From: Lepidodermella squamata
Taxonomy: Eukaryota > Animalia > Gastrotricha
NCBI GenBank assembly: GCA_047495785.1
Contig: JBLDXI010000064.1
Coordinates: 62,001-126,000 of the forward strand
Length of the DNA stretch: 64,000 bases
Direction: 5' to 3'
Shown here: in pieces, positions 1-12,742 of the stretch
Position numbering within the stretch: the first letter of the stretch is position 1
Layout of the letters: each line of letters begins with the position of its first letter
Program-made: the position numbers and the translations under genes
Notes under the pieces: model-generated
Told to the model about the DNA's origin: nothing
Databases searched by the model: none
Seen by the model: the letters and a program-made list of their open reading frames with translations, nothing else

Positions 1-3000
1 TTTTTACTGGATTCTTCGATAAATACGCATCCTTTCCGGGCAATTGGGATGAATGCTTGCACGCCGCACAACATTTGCCGGTGAGTTGCCCATAGTTGTT
101 TAGTTAAGTGTTTAGTGGGTAGTGAGTTCGTTGAATAATTCAAATTTAAAAATTTTCAATATCGCGCGTACCTTCTTCAATTAGTTCGAGATCGCAAAAA
201 GTAGTACCTATTTTTAGCGCAGTTCCAAGAGGAGCTGATAATTTTAGCTATGAGACGTCGCATTCGCCCAAAGTTGATAGCTTTTACTGTTTTTCGCCTA
301 AGGAATGCATGGTTTTACGTAATTTTGAAACAATTTTACCTAAATGATTGAGCTTTGGCTTGGAGAAATGAGAGGCTGCTGCTTTATTCGTACAACGCTT
401 TATCTTCCCCCGTACAACAAGTTTATCTTCGAAACGTACAACAAATAATTAAATATTATTGTATCTCCGAAACGTACAACATTCATTTATTTATTTATTC
501 TCTCCTAAAACATCAATTATCTTCGACCCGTACAACAATATTTAATTGCCGCCGCGTGTTGACCGGCTGCGCCGACGGCGGGTACCACGAGCGGAACGAC
601 GGGTTGGACGACTGCCAGCACGGCTTCGGCTACCTCGAGGACGACCAGGCCTCCTTCTTTGCTGCTGCTCAGCTGCGGGGACGAGCTGCTCGTCCGGCTG
701 TTGGGTCGGCTGCTGCCAAAACTCAGCATTTGGTCGCTCCGGCGACGGCTGGCTGACCAGAGCTGAGGCGACTTTGCTTCGACGGCCGGCTTTTCCGCGG
801 GTGACAAGCGGGACGGAGTGATATTTGGCCGGTATGCGGCTATGATTAGGTAGATGGTGGGCGAGGGCAACAGCGTGCGGACAAGGTTTGCGACGAACAC
901 CGTCCTCACAAGTGCAGGTGATGGCTCCAGGGGCAACAGTCAGAAGGAAGACGTGTTCGAGAGCACACGAAAAATGCTCCAGGTCCGGCCAATTACCATC
1001 TCGACGCGCGCAGAGCACAGAATCAGCAATCGTCTTGTCAGCTGGCACCCACAGCCATTTGTCGTCATCGATTTGATCAAAATGATCCATCCGCCATCAC
1101 AGCACGCGGCGAGTAGTCTGGTTTCCAGCTGCGCAACGCACTAAACAAGTCTTTGTACGCCTCCTCGTTCTCGTGTGACGCAAGACCTGTTGTACGTGAA
1201 AGAGATGAAAAATGTGCGTGTTGTACGAGAAAAAGCTATTTTACCGATTATAATAGGATGGAATTTTCGGTCGGCATCAGTCCCGCCAGCCACAAAGACT
1301 TTGTGCTTCCCTATCACCATTTTATGGGCAGCGTCAACCTGGTAACAAAATTGATAAATAAGTCACAACTAAAATATTCTTATTCTACCTGTAAGCATTC
1401 GATGCGATCAAGTTTGGAAAGCAACAATCGATTTGTAACGAAAAGGCTGAAGCGAGCGGGAATTGAGTTCTGTATGTTGTAGCCGAGGACAAAAGGCTGG
1501 TCCAACAAGTGAGGAATCGTGGATCGTTCGAGACACCATTTTTCCAATTCGCGAGTTCCGAAACCGTGGCCAGTAGCCGGTAGCGTTCCCTCCTCCGCCA
1601 TTTTCTTCTTCAAACGAAGTTTCAACTGCGATATTTGCCGTTTTGTGAACTTGCCGAACCCAGCTGCTTGTAACTCACGAACGATGATTTTCGGGGCCAC
1701 TCGCATGCGCACTGCATTTCGGACGAAATCCTTCACTTCGGTCGTAAATGCCGGCTTACTCGCATCTTTCAATACATGACTGTGTTTCAAACAGCCAAGG
1801 AACTCGCTTTCTCCACCAGATCGAAACTTCATTTGAGCGTGTGCCGGGCACGGGAAATACTTCTTATTGCGATTGAGTGAGCAGAAGAAGTAATACGTTT
1901 TTCCTTCCAACGTTGGTCGCGAGGTTCGAACCCACATCTTCTTATCTTCCCTTTTAACAGCAGCCTTGGCTTCGCGGATCGTGCATCGCGGTATCGTGAA
2001 ATAGGTGTCAAACACATCTTCTTCGACAACAGGGGCCGGAGCATCCTCGTCATCAGCCGGCAGGTTTTCTTCGTCGTCACCGGCCTCGCCGCCGTCATCT
2101 TCATCATCATCATCGTCACCATCATCGCCAGGATCATCATCGTCGGTGTAAGATGACACAGACGCGCCGTCAAGCAGGCTTGAAGACGCCACGGGTGACA
2201 CAAAATTCGATGGGACCATAAAGTGTGCCCCGGCCAACATCAAAACAGTTAGAAGAACAAACGTGAATTTAAAAGCCATATTCAGTCGAATGCTTTGATT
2301 TTGCTTTCGATATTCTTTATTGCCTTTTTATAGCCCCGCCCGCGTGGTTGTATGAAGGAAGGTCACCACGTGGCTTTTATTAATTGAATGTTGTACGAAC
2401 CGAAGATTTTTACTCTTTAAATAATACTGTTGTACGGTTGGGAGACGAAACGTTGTACGATTGGAAGATATTACCCATGCTAAAAATTGTGTTGTACGGT
2501 TGGAAGATTTCTTGTTGTACGCTTGAAAGATGAACGTTGTACGGATAAAGCTTTCCTCAAATGAGAAATGGCTCAAAATTTAATTTCACGAATTTTCTCG
2601 TGATAAAGTTGGGACAATACGCCAAATGTAAAAATTGAAGAAATAATATTAAAAATCCTTCGTATATAAGTTATTTGGGTAAAGTTGTCTCCCCCATTTT
2701 AAAATGATCAAAATATGTCCGGAAATAAGGGAAAAGTGGGGTTTGGCGAAATTTTTGAAATTTCGATAAAATTAAATCTACAGTTTTTGAGCCATTTCGA
2801 GATGACCCGCTTACCTTAATAATTACGTACATTGTTAAAACTCTATTTCAAATTCAGACGCGGCCATTCCAACGCTGCTTTTCTGACGACAGATTCGTTT
2901 CCTGCTCTCCCGTTTCACTCAGCTGCCCACCAAATGTGCGGCTACGTCAATACCTCAATAATTTTCTTTCATTTCTTTCAATAAAGGATGTTATGTTCGA

Positions 3001-4669
3001 ACCACCTCCATTGAGAAATCTAGAATTATGCGCCAGAGGCTTCGGTAATCGCTCTCTTCAGTTTACCTTTATAACCTGTCCCTGTTTTTTAAATTAATTT
3101 GTTAACAGTCCCGCCATCCGTTATCGATGACCAAAAGCCGCACGTTCGCTGTGTGAACAAGCGAACCGGCCGTTTCGTAGCTTGCCGCCGCGAAAGCACC
3201 GGCTGCTCACCAGACATTCCGATGGACTTGCCGCAGCCTTTTGCCAACAAGAAAATGTGCCTGAAAGGGGTGAGTTCTTTCAACAGTTATAGCGAATTCC
3301 ATCTACCTAATTTTCTTCAAAGAATGCTGAGCTCTGCCACGAACCATCTGGCGCTACTTGTCGTGCCTACTGCGATAGCAAATCAAACAGAGTTTGCTTC
3401 GAAATAAGTCATTCTTCCTCTTTAATGCCGTTTCTTAACAGCTATTCGTCTACTCCAAGTCGGCAGACTTTGCGACTAATTTTGAGGATTGCCAACGTAG
3501 CAGATTCACGGTGAGCGATTTTGCTTTTTCGAGTTCTGAAACTGAACGGAATTTGGTGGTTTCGTTCAAATGGTAGAAAGCCCAGGCAGTGATAAATTTC
3601 TTCGTGCTCGAAATATTTAGCGGCAAACTATCTACTGGAAAAGTCTATTCGCGAGGCTCTAGCTGACTCCTTTTAAGGCATTTGAAAGCCGAAGATTGGC
3701 TTAAAATGCATTAAAATGAAGGATAAATTAGGATAGTCCTATTTATCCTTCAAGTGGTCTTCAAGAAGACCACTTTCAGGACTATATCATGTGACGTAGA
3801 TAGGACGCCGCACTCAGAGCACGCCGGTTGACCAAAAGACGAGTTCACTTTTTAGCTCATGAATATTCAGAATAATTTGCAGCGTGAAAATTTAAAATGA
3901 CGGGGCTTCACTCGAATTCGTTTAATAATTGAAATTTAAAAATTTAAAATTAATTAGTTCAAGTTCTAAAGATCGCAAAACGTAGTGTTTTTGGCGCGAT
4001 TTCCGAGATGATATGCATCTTTGGAGATGAATTCAAATGATGGATGGCGGCATCTGCTCAAAATTTGATCAACAGTCAACACAAATAGCACAAGAAAAAT
4101 TGGGGTGGAAAATAATGACATGATTCATCTCATTAAATTTGAAACGGTGAACTTTGATCCTTATTAGTCTGACTTCAGTGTTTCGTGTCCGAAAACCTCT
4201 TAGTGCGGCGTCCTATCAACTCTTGTAATTTGTTTTCCAATAAACCTGATATTTTCAATCAATAAATATTTTCTCGTTAATTTACGTACAGGGTCCGAAA
4301 AACTTTACTGTTGTGGCAACGGATGCTGGGACATTGACGCAAGACGACGCAAGGAGGGCGTGTTCGAACAAGACAAACTCTCGTCTAGCTGTGATCGAAA
4401 CCGAAGCTCAACGACAAGCCGTTTACGCCGCAATGTTAGACGCCTCGGTCATCACTGCTTACATCGGCTTGTCGAAACCTAACGACCAGTGGTTGTGGGA
4501 TGACGGTTCAGCCTATGCTGAGATGCCACCCTGGGTGCCGGGCTATCCATCGGAGGCTAAGATGAACCGATGTGTTGGGCTCGCGAGTATCAATGATGCA
4601 GCTGTGTTTGTGCAGGATGGATCTTGCCTCTCGCCTTCAGCCGACGCTTACATTTGCGAGACGCAGTAA
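1..4669 (+). CDS. Gene A (5' end outside window): Cys-repeat + single C-type lectin-like domain protein, multi-exon
   Basis: In-frame GT-AG exons <1-80, 2858-2935, 2987-3044, 3109-3269 (HVRCVNKRTGRFVACRRESTGC), 3323-3391, 3442-3510 and 4292-4669 (CTLD: ARRAC..LAVIE..YIGL..WLWDDGS..PPW..C..DGSC..YICE). Exon-by-exon paralogy with genes B-K. Confidence 0.85.
372..2558 (-). mobile_element. Mutator-like element (MULE), internally deleted, inside an intron of gene A
   Basis: Inverted terminal arrays of ATCTTC-N4-CGTACAAC (left ~388-540) and GTTGTACG-N4-GAAGAT (right ~2390-2545). GAGG...CCTC ends flanked by AAATGA (366-371, 2559-2564). Encodes MULE transposase parts. Confidence 0.8.
542..2279 (-). 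pseudogene. MULE transposase with internal deletion (WRKY/FLYWCH-like Zn finger, first two catalytic Asp, SWIM finger)
   Basis: YYFFC..CPA..KHSH finger. Spliced exons give VDAAHK..GGTDADRKFHP and SHENEEAY..PRAVMADG, then the sequence jumps near 1090 into the SWIM region CTCEDGVRRKPCPHAVALAH. The CxxH motif and catalytic Glu segment are missing. Confidence 0.8.
3799..4217. mobile_element. Non-autonomous TIR element (MITE) in last intron of gene A
   Basis: GATAGGACGCCGCACTCAGAG at the left end and CTCTTAGTGCGGCGTCCTATC at the right. The internal part resembles 120-290. Confidence 0.7.
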
Positions 4670-4849
4670 TTTCCAAATGACGAAATTGATTGCGTTCAGC
4701 TGCATGTTCAATGATGATAACTGAGTATGTGAGTTGTGTGTGAGTAAAATTGAGGAGAAAAGTAAAATCGATTCACCTGTTCTTTCTTGCCTGGTTAATA
4801 CCCGAAATCGTAATGCTTCAGCCCAATTACAAACTTGTTGTGATTTCTC

Positions 4850-7535
4850 TGCTTTTCCTCAGGAAGCCGAATTTTTCAAGAGACTTTGCACATAACTGCG
4901 AGCAATGTCTACGTTCCAGTGGCCGAATTCCCAGTCAGAACGGGTTCGAAAATTTCATTCATCAATAGCTCCTAGACCCCGAGCATTTGGGGTTTTACTG
5001 AAAATTGGAAAAGCTGGTTATCATTAACGACTCAATTTTGAATGAATTAACGCGTAATTGTGAGTGATTCAGAGAGCGAAGTAACGCTAGGGATGGTAGG
5101 GATCATCCATCGATCTGTACGGGGAGCTCATTCAAAGACCAAAGGGGGGGCCTTATGTCGATTTTCGCGATCCCTACCAGTTCCGCGGTCCTACTTCGCT
5201 CTATGGAGTGATTACATTCCGAAAAGCTTAGAATTCATTTTTCCAGCAATACCGTCATTTGGGGTTTTTTGGTATGCGTCAAAAAATGACCCCCTGGTTT
5301 TTTTGTTTTTTTACACGTTTCCAAGGGTCCTGATTCGAATGGCACCCGTATTCCGAATAGCCCCATGTGGGGCTATTATTGACACTTATACTGAAAAAAT
5401 GTTGCCTTCCCGCGATAGTACAAGCTTCGGGAGATTTAAAAAACTGCTTGCATCGTTCATAGCGGAAGGATTGAGTGTGCTGCGACTAATGTGAGACGAT
5501 TTTGTCACCGGCGGAGAATTTTTGACACTACATTTTTGATCTCACCTTGCGTATCGCTGATTAATCCCTAGTCTGAGATATTTCGGCCTTTGATAGTTTT
5601 GGGTCCCGTGAGTGCAATATACCCAAATTAATCCGTATCAGTAGCAAAGGTTTGACAGGGAAACGTTTTGAAAGTAGCCAAAAAGCTCAAAAAACCTCCG
5701 TAATTGACACCCCATCTCACAGATGACGTAATCCATGTCAAATAACCGATATGAACCGAATTCCTTTCATATTTGGGTAGCTTAAGTCATCAGCTTTCAG
5801 AAAATATATATTTTTGGTAACCTGGCCTCAGTTTTGATTTCATCAAAAAGTGTGACAGCGACGTGGATCGGTCCATAGACATCTTAATATTAGTAAATAA
5901 GCAAGGACGTGTGGTTTTTTATCACAGTTGTCTATGGCGAGATCATTAAAAGGTCAGCGGTTCGATTCCGCAAGAGTTCACTATTTAGCTTTTTTCACCT
6001 CAATTATTTTTTTACTGCACAAATGTATCATGTTTTTATGCAAACAAACTTATGCTATGCAAATAGATGACTTTTAATTAGATGGTTTTTCCTCAATTTG
6101 CAGTCGAATAATTAATTTTCACTGCTAAATGCATAATCAGCCTGTCACCCGATAAGCCTAATCACAAGTTTATCAAGCCTCTTAAATTCAAAGTCTGCGT
6201 AATTTACCGAGAAACATACCAACAACCCAGCTCATTAGAATATTCAATCATGGTAAAAGAATTACCCTTCAACTTCGCTTTTCGATGGGGCTATTCGGTT
6301 TCAATTAATTTGACAAAAGTATGCATCGGATCGGGGAGTTTCCAATTTTCCAAAGGTCCCAAGGGTCCGTAGATTCAGAAGAAATTGGTCGTGAGCTTTG
6401 AGATGATTTATTCCGGTTCAGGTAATTCAATGCAACACAGGGGTTTTCTTGAGTTAAACTTACACCTGAAAGGTGAGCCTGTAGCTTCAGAACCGTTTAC
6501 TCTTTGAACTCCTACTTTTGAAAGAAAAAGTGTCATCTGTCGAGGTAGCTCCCTGCAAAAATTTATCGACTTTGACTTCACAGATTTTGAGTTATACTAA
6601 TTGAACAAACTTTTTACCGAATAGCCCCGTATTCTGCGATAGCCCCGAATGACGGTACTAGCTTGTTCCAGTGGTCCGAGTACGGGGGGTTCGAAAATTT
6701 CTGTAAACGTAAGGGCCCCCTGTCGATTTTCAAATTTTGGGCTCGATTTAGCCCCCTCAGAGCTGGACATAGCCGGAACCCTGGGAAAACACTTATCTGG
6801 CGATGATAAAAAGTGAAGATGAGCGGCAGGCTGTCAATGAAGCCATGGTCAGTGCCGAAGTTACGAGCACCTACTTGGATTTATCGAAAGGACTAGGCGG
6901 ATGGACGTGGGGCGATGGCAGCGTGTATGATTCGATGCCACCATGGGCGCCAAATTACCCAGAGAGTCAGAGGACTTGCGTCGGCATTGCCACAATTATC
7001 AACAAAGCATTGTACCTCACCTATAGATCTTGTGCTATTTCTTCAGCTTTTCCTTTTATTTGTAAAATAAACTTTCTGAACAATATGTCATATTGAGCTT
7101 GGGCTAGATAAAGTGAAGGTGGATAATCCCTAATTTGAAGATTTGCAAAGCACTTTTAGCCCGAGATTGACGTTTCGTTCGGCTTCTAGGTCACCGCATA
7201 TTTGAAATATTGGCCATAATGGGTCGCGTTCCATTTCCGTTTAATTTTCTAGTTCAAACGACAATGCTTAATTGTCAGAAGTAGGTCAAGTTCGTCTGAG
7301 ATCACAAGACAATTTTAATGAAGCGAACTTTTCACAATGGTTCTAGACAATTTTAAAGCTCGTGCTCAGATACAAAAGATGATGCGTGGTTTTTCTAATG
7401 AGCCCATTTACGTTTATTCAATTGAATTGTTCAACAATTTTCATATTTGATTATTTGTCTATCATTCATTCAAAGTAGCTTTCATTTCACTTGTCATTAT
7501 TTTCATTCGCTATCAGCTCTAATGTTCCTGCGCTC
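4850..7535 (+). pseudogene. Decayed partial duplicate of gene C 3' end plus the upstream region and start of gene D
   Basis: 4860-4990 matches 17533-17680. 6790-7130 matches the CTLD exon and 3' UTR at 17890-18250. 7200-7535 matches 18358-19115. The CTLD exon is split by insertions and has no 5' exons. Confidence 0.85.
5252..6655. mobile_element. Non-autonomous Tc1/mariner-pogo-type element (TA TSD)
   Basis: TA|CCGTCATTTGGGG ... CCCCGAATGACGG|TA with internal GAATAGCCCC repeats. Removing it restores caaTActagcttgttc, similar to gene C (gaTActagcttgttc). Confidence 0.75.
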
Positions 7536-7543
7536 AGTCGATA

Positions 7544-7768
7544 GGGAACTGTCTGAAATATTTTTTGGTAAATAAACGGCCGAGATATTCAAAAGTAGCC
7601 CTTTGACATCAGCGCACGCGGTATTAAATATGGCAAAAATTAATGAAACTGATGCGGGTGAGCCAAGTTTCGGTTTATATCAAATTTATTACCACGCGCG
7701 AAGATGCTAAACAGTTACTTTCAAATTTCACGTCGGTTTTTATACTAAAAATAATTCAGACAATTCCA
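7544..7768. repeat. Imperfect foldback inverted repeat (MITE-like)
   Basis: ggaactgtctgaaatatttttt..cgcacgcggtattaaat pairs with atttattaccacgcgcg..aaaaataattcagacaattcc. Confidence 0.65.
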
Positions 7769-9255
7769 GTGCGCGAATTATAGGGTAGGATGGGGGGATC
7801 ATCCTCATCAACGAAAGTCAACCATCCTGGGCTGGTTAAGACAGTATAGTTTGGATGACAGGGCTGCTCCGCTGGTACAAGCTAGCAAGACGTATCCTAG
7901 GCAGTTTACAGAAAAGAGACCGCATTTTCAGCTCATTTTCAGAAAGAATTAAGGTAAAATATTGTCAGCTAAAGCTCGTTTCGCTTGCAGAGGTTAATTA
8001 ATGCACGGGTTAGGAATTTTTAGCGTGAAGGGAGAAGTGTCCTTTGTTGAGCTCTTCGCTGCCAGCCGGATCTGGTGGGGGTGTAGGTTTTCCCATCTTC
8101 TCGATTTATTTCTGGTGGTTTGTTTGTTGATCTTGACAAATTGAACTTCATCCGCCAGTACTGCTGCGGATTGGTTAGATACCATCGTCGCGGCTGATTG
8201 GCTCAAGTTTTCTGCCATGTCGTACCCGGTGGGTAAGGCCTAAAAAGCCAACTGCCGGGTGCCGTATCCACCATCCCGACTACGTTGATCCACACTGGCG
8301 CTTACCTAGACGAAAACAACAAAAGCGAGGTCCTCTCTGTTTTCGTCTAGGTGCGCAACCCTGAGCGCACCGGGCGCTTCAAATATTCTTCACATTATTA
8401 TTCTTTTTTTTTACAATTATCACGTGGGCAGTAATATAGCTCAACAAGGTTTCTTGCCAGTACCTTTCAAGGTAGCTCGCAAACTACTGAAGTTGTCCCC
8501 GAATTTTCAAACACTGGATACTTAGTCCTTGAATAATCATAGGTTATCATAGTGGATCATAGTGGAAAATATGCCGTAACACAGCGCGGAATATTTCCTG
8601 CTAACCCGGGCCGTTTGAGCCAGGATATCACGCTATCCGGGCTGATTTAAACTCAGGTAATGGCTCAAAATTTTGGCAGAACTCACCCCCATTTTCGATT
8701 TTTCCGAGCACGGAAACAAAATTCCCGAAAATACTCAGGCGCCGAAACCTCGTGACCCCAAAAATTTTTATCATTCTGTAATTACGAGAAAATTAACAAG
8801 GTTGAAGGCAGTGTGCGATCTTAGATTCTCGAGCTGCCAGGGATGGGAAAAATTTTTTTTGCTGTTTTTGCCAAGATTACTAGTTATTTTGGCGAATAAC
8901 CGATCGAAGCGAGAACATTTTAAGGATTTTTCACTAAAACACGATTCAGAACCTCTCAAAATTGACGAAATAGGGGGATAAATTATCATTTTGTCGTCTG
9001 GAAGTCGCACACTGGTTGAAGGATTTGCCGCAAAGACACGGGGACAGGCTGAAAAAGCTACAGCAACTTGAATTATGGACACTCCTCCTTTTCCTCAGTA
9101 AATTTATTTTTTCGCGAAAAATATGTTCTTGCTCAGAAAAATCAGCGAAATCGACTTAAGTATAGGTGAGCTCAAACAATATCTTTCCGGAAATATTTGA
9201 ATTGTCAATGAATTATTTTCACAAATAATTGTTCATGCCCAATATTTTAGGATCT

Positions 9256-12099
9256 ATGAATCTGTTTATTTGCCTTAGCCTGTGGCTCCTCGTCGTAGAC
9301 GGGAGATTTATCTCGAAACTATTATATGGCTTGCCTGGTAAAGCGCCGCCAATACCAAGATGGTGGCGCTGCTTCTCCGCTTTGAATAACAAATTCAACG
9401 GCTGTCGAAACGACAGCAACCAATTCGAGTATAAGGTTAACATCATCGTTAATTGTGCTAATCAGTAACGTCTTTTCTGTTTCTAGTCCGTCATTCCGTT
9501 TACACTTTACGATACTTGCGTTGATGGGGTGTGTTTGAAAATATTTTCCAATAGCTGAGGGAACCCTCCGGCTACAGTCGCCAATAATTTGATTTGATTT
9601 TTTTGCTATGAAGAACGTGAAACTCTGCTACGACCATGTGGAATTCAGCTATCGATGCATTGAAGGCATATGGCAGTGCAAGAAAACCAACGAAATCCAG
9701 GTTTGTGCAGGAAGAAAAAAGTGTGTGTGGCTTTGTTTATCATTTCCATTTTGCTATCAATTTGCAGGCTGGATACTACAATACAGGAACCTTCAGACGA
9801 AATTATGCTAACTGTATTGCTGCCTCGAAAAAATCACCCGTGAGTGAAACAAATGATAGCTAGGTTTATTAGTATTGAAATGTCTGATAATACATAACTT
9901 ATGTATTATCAGACATATGTAACACTCTTCAATATCGTCACTATCGTCACTATCGTTCACTCTTCAATTAATTACAATTCCCAGCATAAAGTTATTTTTT
10001 TTCAAAATTGTCTTTCGATTTCAGTTGAAGCCATTTGAACGGTGCTTTTCGGGCGGCAAATTTGTTTCCTGTTTTCCTCTTTCCCTCGGCTGTCCAGCCC
10101 ATTTGGTGAGTCGAACAGCCACGCCCGAACTGCTTTCACATTTTTTTAAAGGACGTTAACGACGATCTACCTACCTACAATAATCTAGAATCATGTTTGA
10201 GCGGTGCAGGTAATTTCGGCAAAAACATATTCACCTATTTGAACTCTCTTTACCATTATGGCTTTTAATCACAATTTTACAGTGCCACAAGCTGTTATCG
10301 ATGACCAAAAGCCGCACGTACGCTGTGTGGATAAGAAGTCGGGTAATTTTGCGGGTTGCCGCCTCAAAAGCACAGGCTGCTCACCTGATGTGGAGATGTA
10401 CGCGCCGCGGCCTTTTGCAAACAAGAAAATGTGTCTGAACGGGGTTAGTACACTTTGAAACTGTTATAAACAACAATAAGTTACTTGTGATTTTCCAATG
10501 AAATACAACGCCAACTTTTCTGTGTACATTTCTGTTTAGAATTCTGTGAAATGCAACACAACATCATCCGGCCCAACTTGTGGTTCTTTCTGCCAGAATG
10601 CCTCAGATATAGTTTGTTTATCAAATAATGTATTTCTACCTTTCTTTTCTACCGAGATATAAACAGATCTTCGCCTTATCGGATTCGAGAGACTTCGCGA
10701 CTAATTATCAGCGGTGCCGACTTAGTGGGAATATTGTGAGTGACGTTATTTCTTTTTATTCCAAAACTACCAAAAAAACCATGAATGTAAAATTATGCAA
10801 TTACCTTGTATTCCGGATATATGTCGAGTAGATGAATAACAACAAGCTTCTGTTTCTACGCAACAATATTAATTTCTTTGTTCTTTTCGTGTAGCCTCGT
10901 TCGGCCGATCGGTCACTTAGTCACTATAATGCTTCTTCGGGCGTTTGTTGTGAAATGTAAAGGTTCCTTGGGAATAATACTGTATGGACTCGACATTAGC
11001 CACTTTTCTGCTCGACAGGAAAAAATCAACAATTTTGATGCGAGAAAATCAAATGAAAAATGCGTTTTTTGCATTCTATCAAAATCACCATTTTTACGCT
11101 TCCGCCCATTATTGAGCCAAAAAATATAAGTTTACCGGAGGAGCCATATACCCTCGCCATTATTTTAGTTATTGAACAGGTCTTTACAGATATAGATACA
11201 GCTAATCAAGAGCTTTGCGATGTTACCGAATACAATTTGTTATGAAATTGTTTAGGCATTATTATAATATATTTGATTTTTTGCAGAGAAAGTAATTACT
11301 TTGAGGAAAGAATTGAGGAAAGATACATGACTTTTCATCTCAATGAGAAGGTTCATGAATATTCTCTTATTTTTTTCTTCGTAAATCAGTGTAAATAATG
11401 GGCTCTATTTTAGAAATTTCCACTCTTGCTGTTTGAAATATTGATTTGGCTTTGTAGAAACAGATTCTACATCTTAGTCTCGATATACAGTGTCAAAGTA
11501 CAAATACTTGTTGCTGGGTCGCTCGCGATAGTGGGGCTGGTCGGGTTGGTGGGTGGGCCTATTAATCAATTGATAGAATCGCGTGCTGCCAAGCCCCATT
11601 GATCGAGTATAGTTGGATTATTCAGTTTTTATTTTATTCATTGTACATTGTAAAAAATTATGCGTATTCTACACTAATTTCTTATAACTATCATGATGTT
11701 TACACGAGATTATGGTTTTTATTCTTGTAGAAACGTCCGAAGACTTTCACTGTTGTAGTGAATGACAAAGGAGTAACGCAAGATGAAGCCAGAAAGGGTT
11801 GTTTGAAGAAGCCAAACTCAAAACTGGCGGTAATCGAAACCGAAGCTGAGCTCCAAGCTATTCATGCAGCGATGTTGGACGTTGGGCGCGACTATGCAAT
11901 GATCGGCTTTACGAGAATTGACGGCGAGTGGTCGTGGGATGACAGTGCAGTTTCCCCCTATTTAGGCATCCCACCCTGGTTGGGCGAGTTGAAGCGATGT
12001 GTTGGGGTGTTGGAATTGGCCGGCGACTTGTTTTTGTTCGATCAAGCATGCAATTCGACGGAAACCCGCGATTACGTTTGTGAGACTCGCCCATTTTGA
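9256..12099 (+). CDS. Gene B: secreted Cys-repeat (x5) + single CTLD protein, multi-exon
   Basis: Signal peptide MNLFICLSLWLLVVDG, WWRCFS module, HVRCVDKKSGNFAGCRLKSTGC exon, terminal CTLD exon ~11731-12099 (MIGF..WSWDDS..PPW..YVCE). Confidence 0.85.
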
Positions 12100-12742
12100 C
12101 AAGGAATCCAATCGATTTCTGAGTTCTGTTATATTTGATGCTGATGAGCTCAATTGATGGGCGTTTCTTGCCCATCAATTCGTGTAACTTGCATGGGAGT
12201 TTGCGAAAAGTAAAATGGATTCACTAATTCTTTCTTGCCTCTTTAACACTTTAAGTGCCCAAATTACACCAAAAAGAACCTTGACTTCCGAAACTAAGTT
12301 CCAGTAGAACATGACGGAATTTTATCACTGCATGTTTTGTAGGAATATTATTTCGGCACACCATTTCGAAACCAAGTATCGGAACTACCGATATTTTTCA
12401 CCTGAACTTTAAATAAGATATTTATTCTGAAGCTCAATTTCGGCAAAATAAGCATAAAGCAGAACAGTGTGATACATTTTTCACATTATGACATAATACT
12501 TTATGACATAACGGCATAACAGCACTTACTTACAGCACAGAATGAGACAGAACAAGGCCATTCAAGTCATTCAAGTCATAATATCAGTTTTGACATCCAA
12601 TGTCGACTGTCACTCGCGAGGCTCTCGCTTAAGCGATTTTTTAGGTGCATCAGATGAGCAGCGTGAAGTTGTGCGCAAATTTGCGGCCGATTTCCGATGG
12701 TCCAGCGCAAATTGTTTTTCAACAGTTAGCAAATAGTTAAGT

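Noticed and set aside
2220-2279. Signal-peptide-like N-terminus on the MULE ORF (secreted transposase?)
   Set aside because: Probably an upstream in-frame extension; a later Met (MVPSNF) is an equally plausible start and nothing supports secretion.
2390-2545. Regularly spaced GTTGTACG repeats as a CRISPR array
   Set aside because: Eukaryotic context, repeats too short and degenerate, mirrored at 388-540 as transposon ends, and no cas genes.
5060-5494. 144-aa ORF
   Set aside because: Runs across a transposon boundary inside the pseudogene and has no recognisable motif.
12140-12165. CTGATGAG as a hammerhead ribozyme core (also ~32260)
   Set aside because: No stem II followed by GAAA and no flanking stems.
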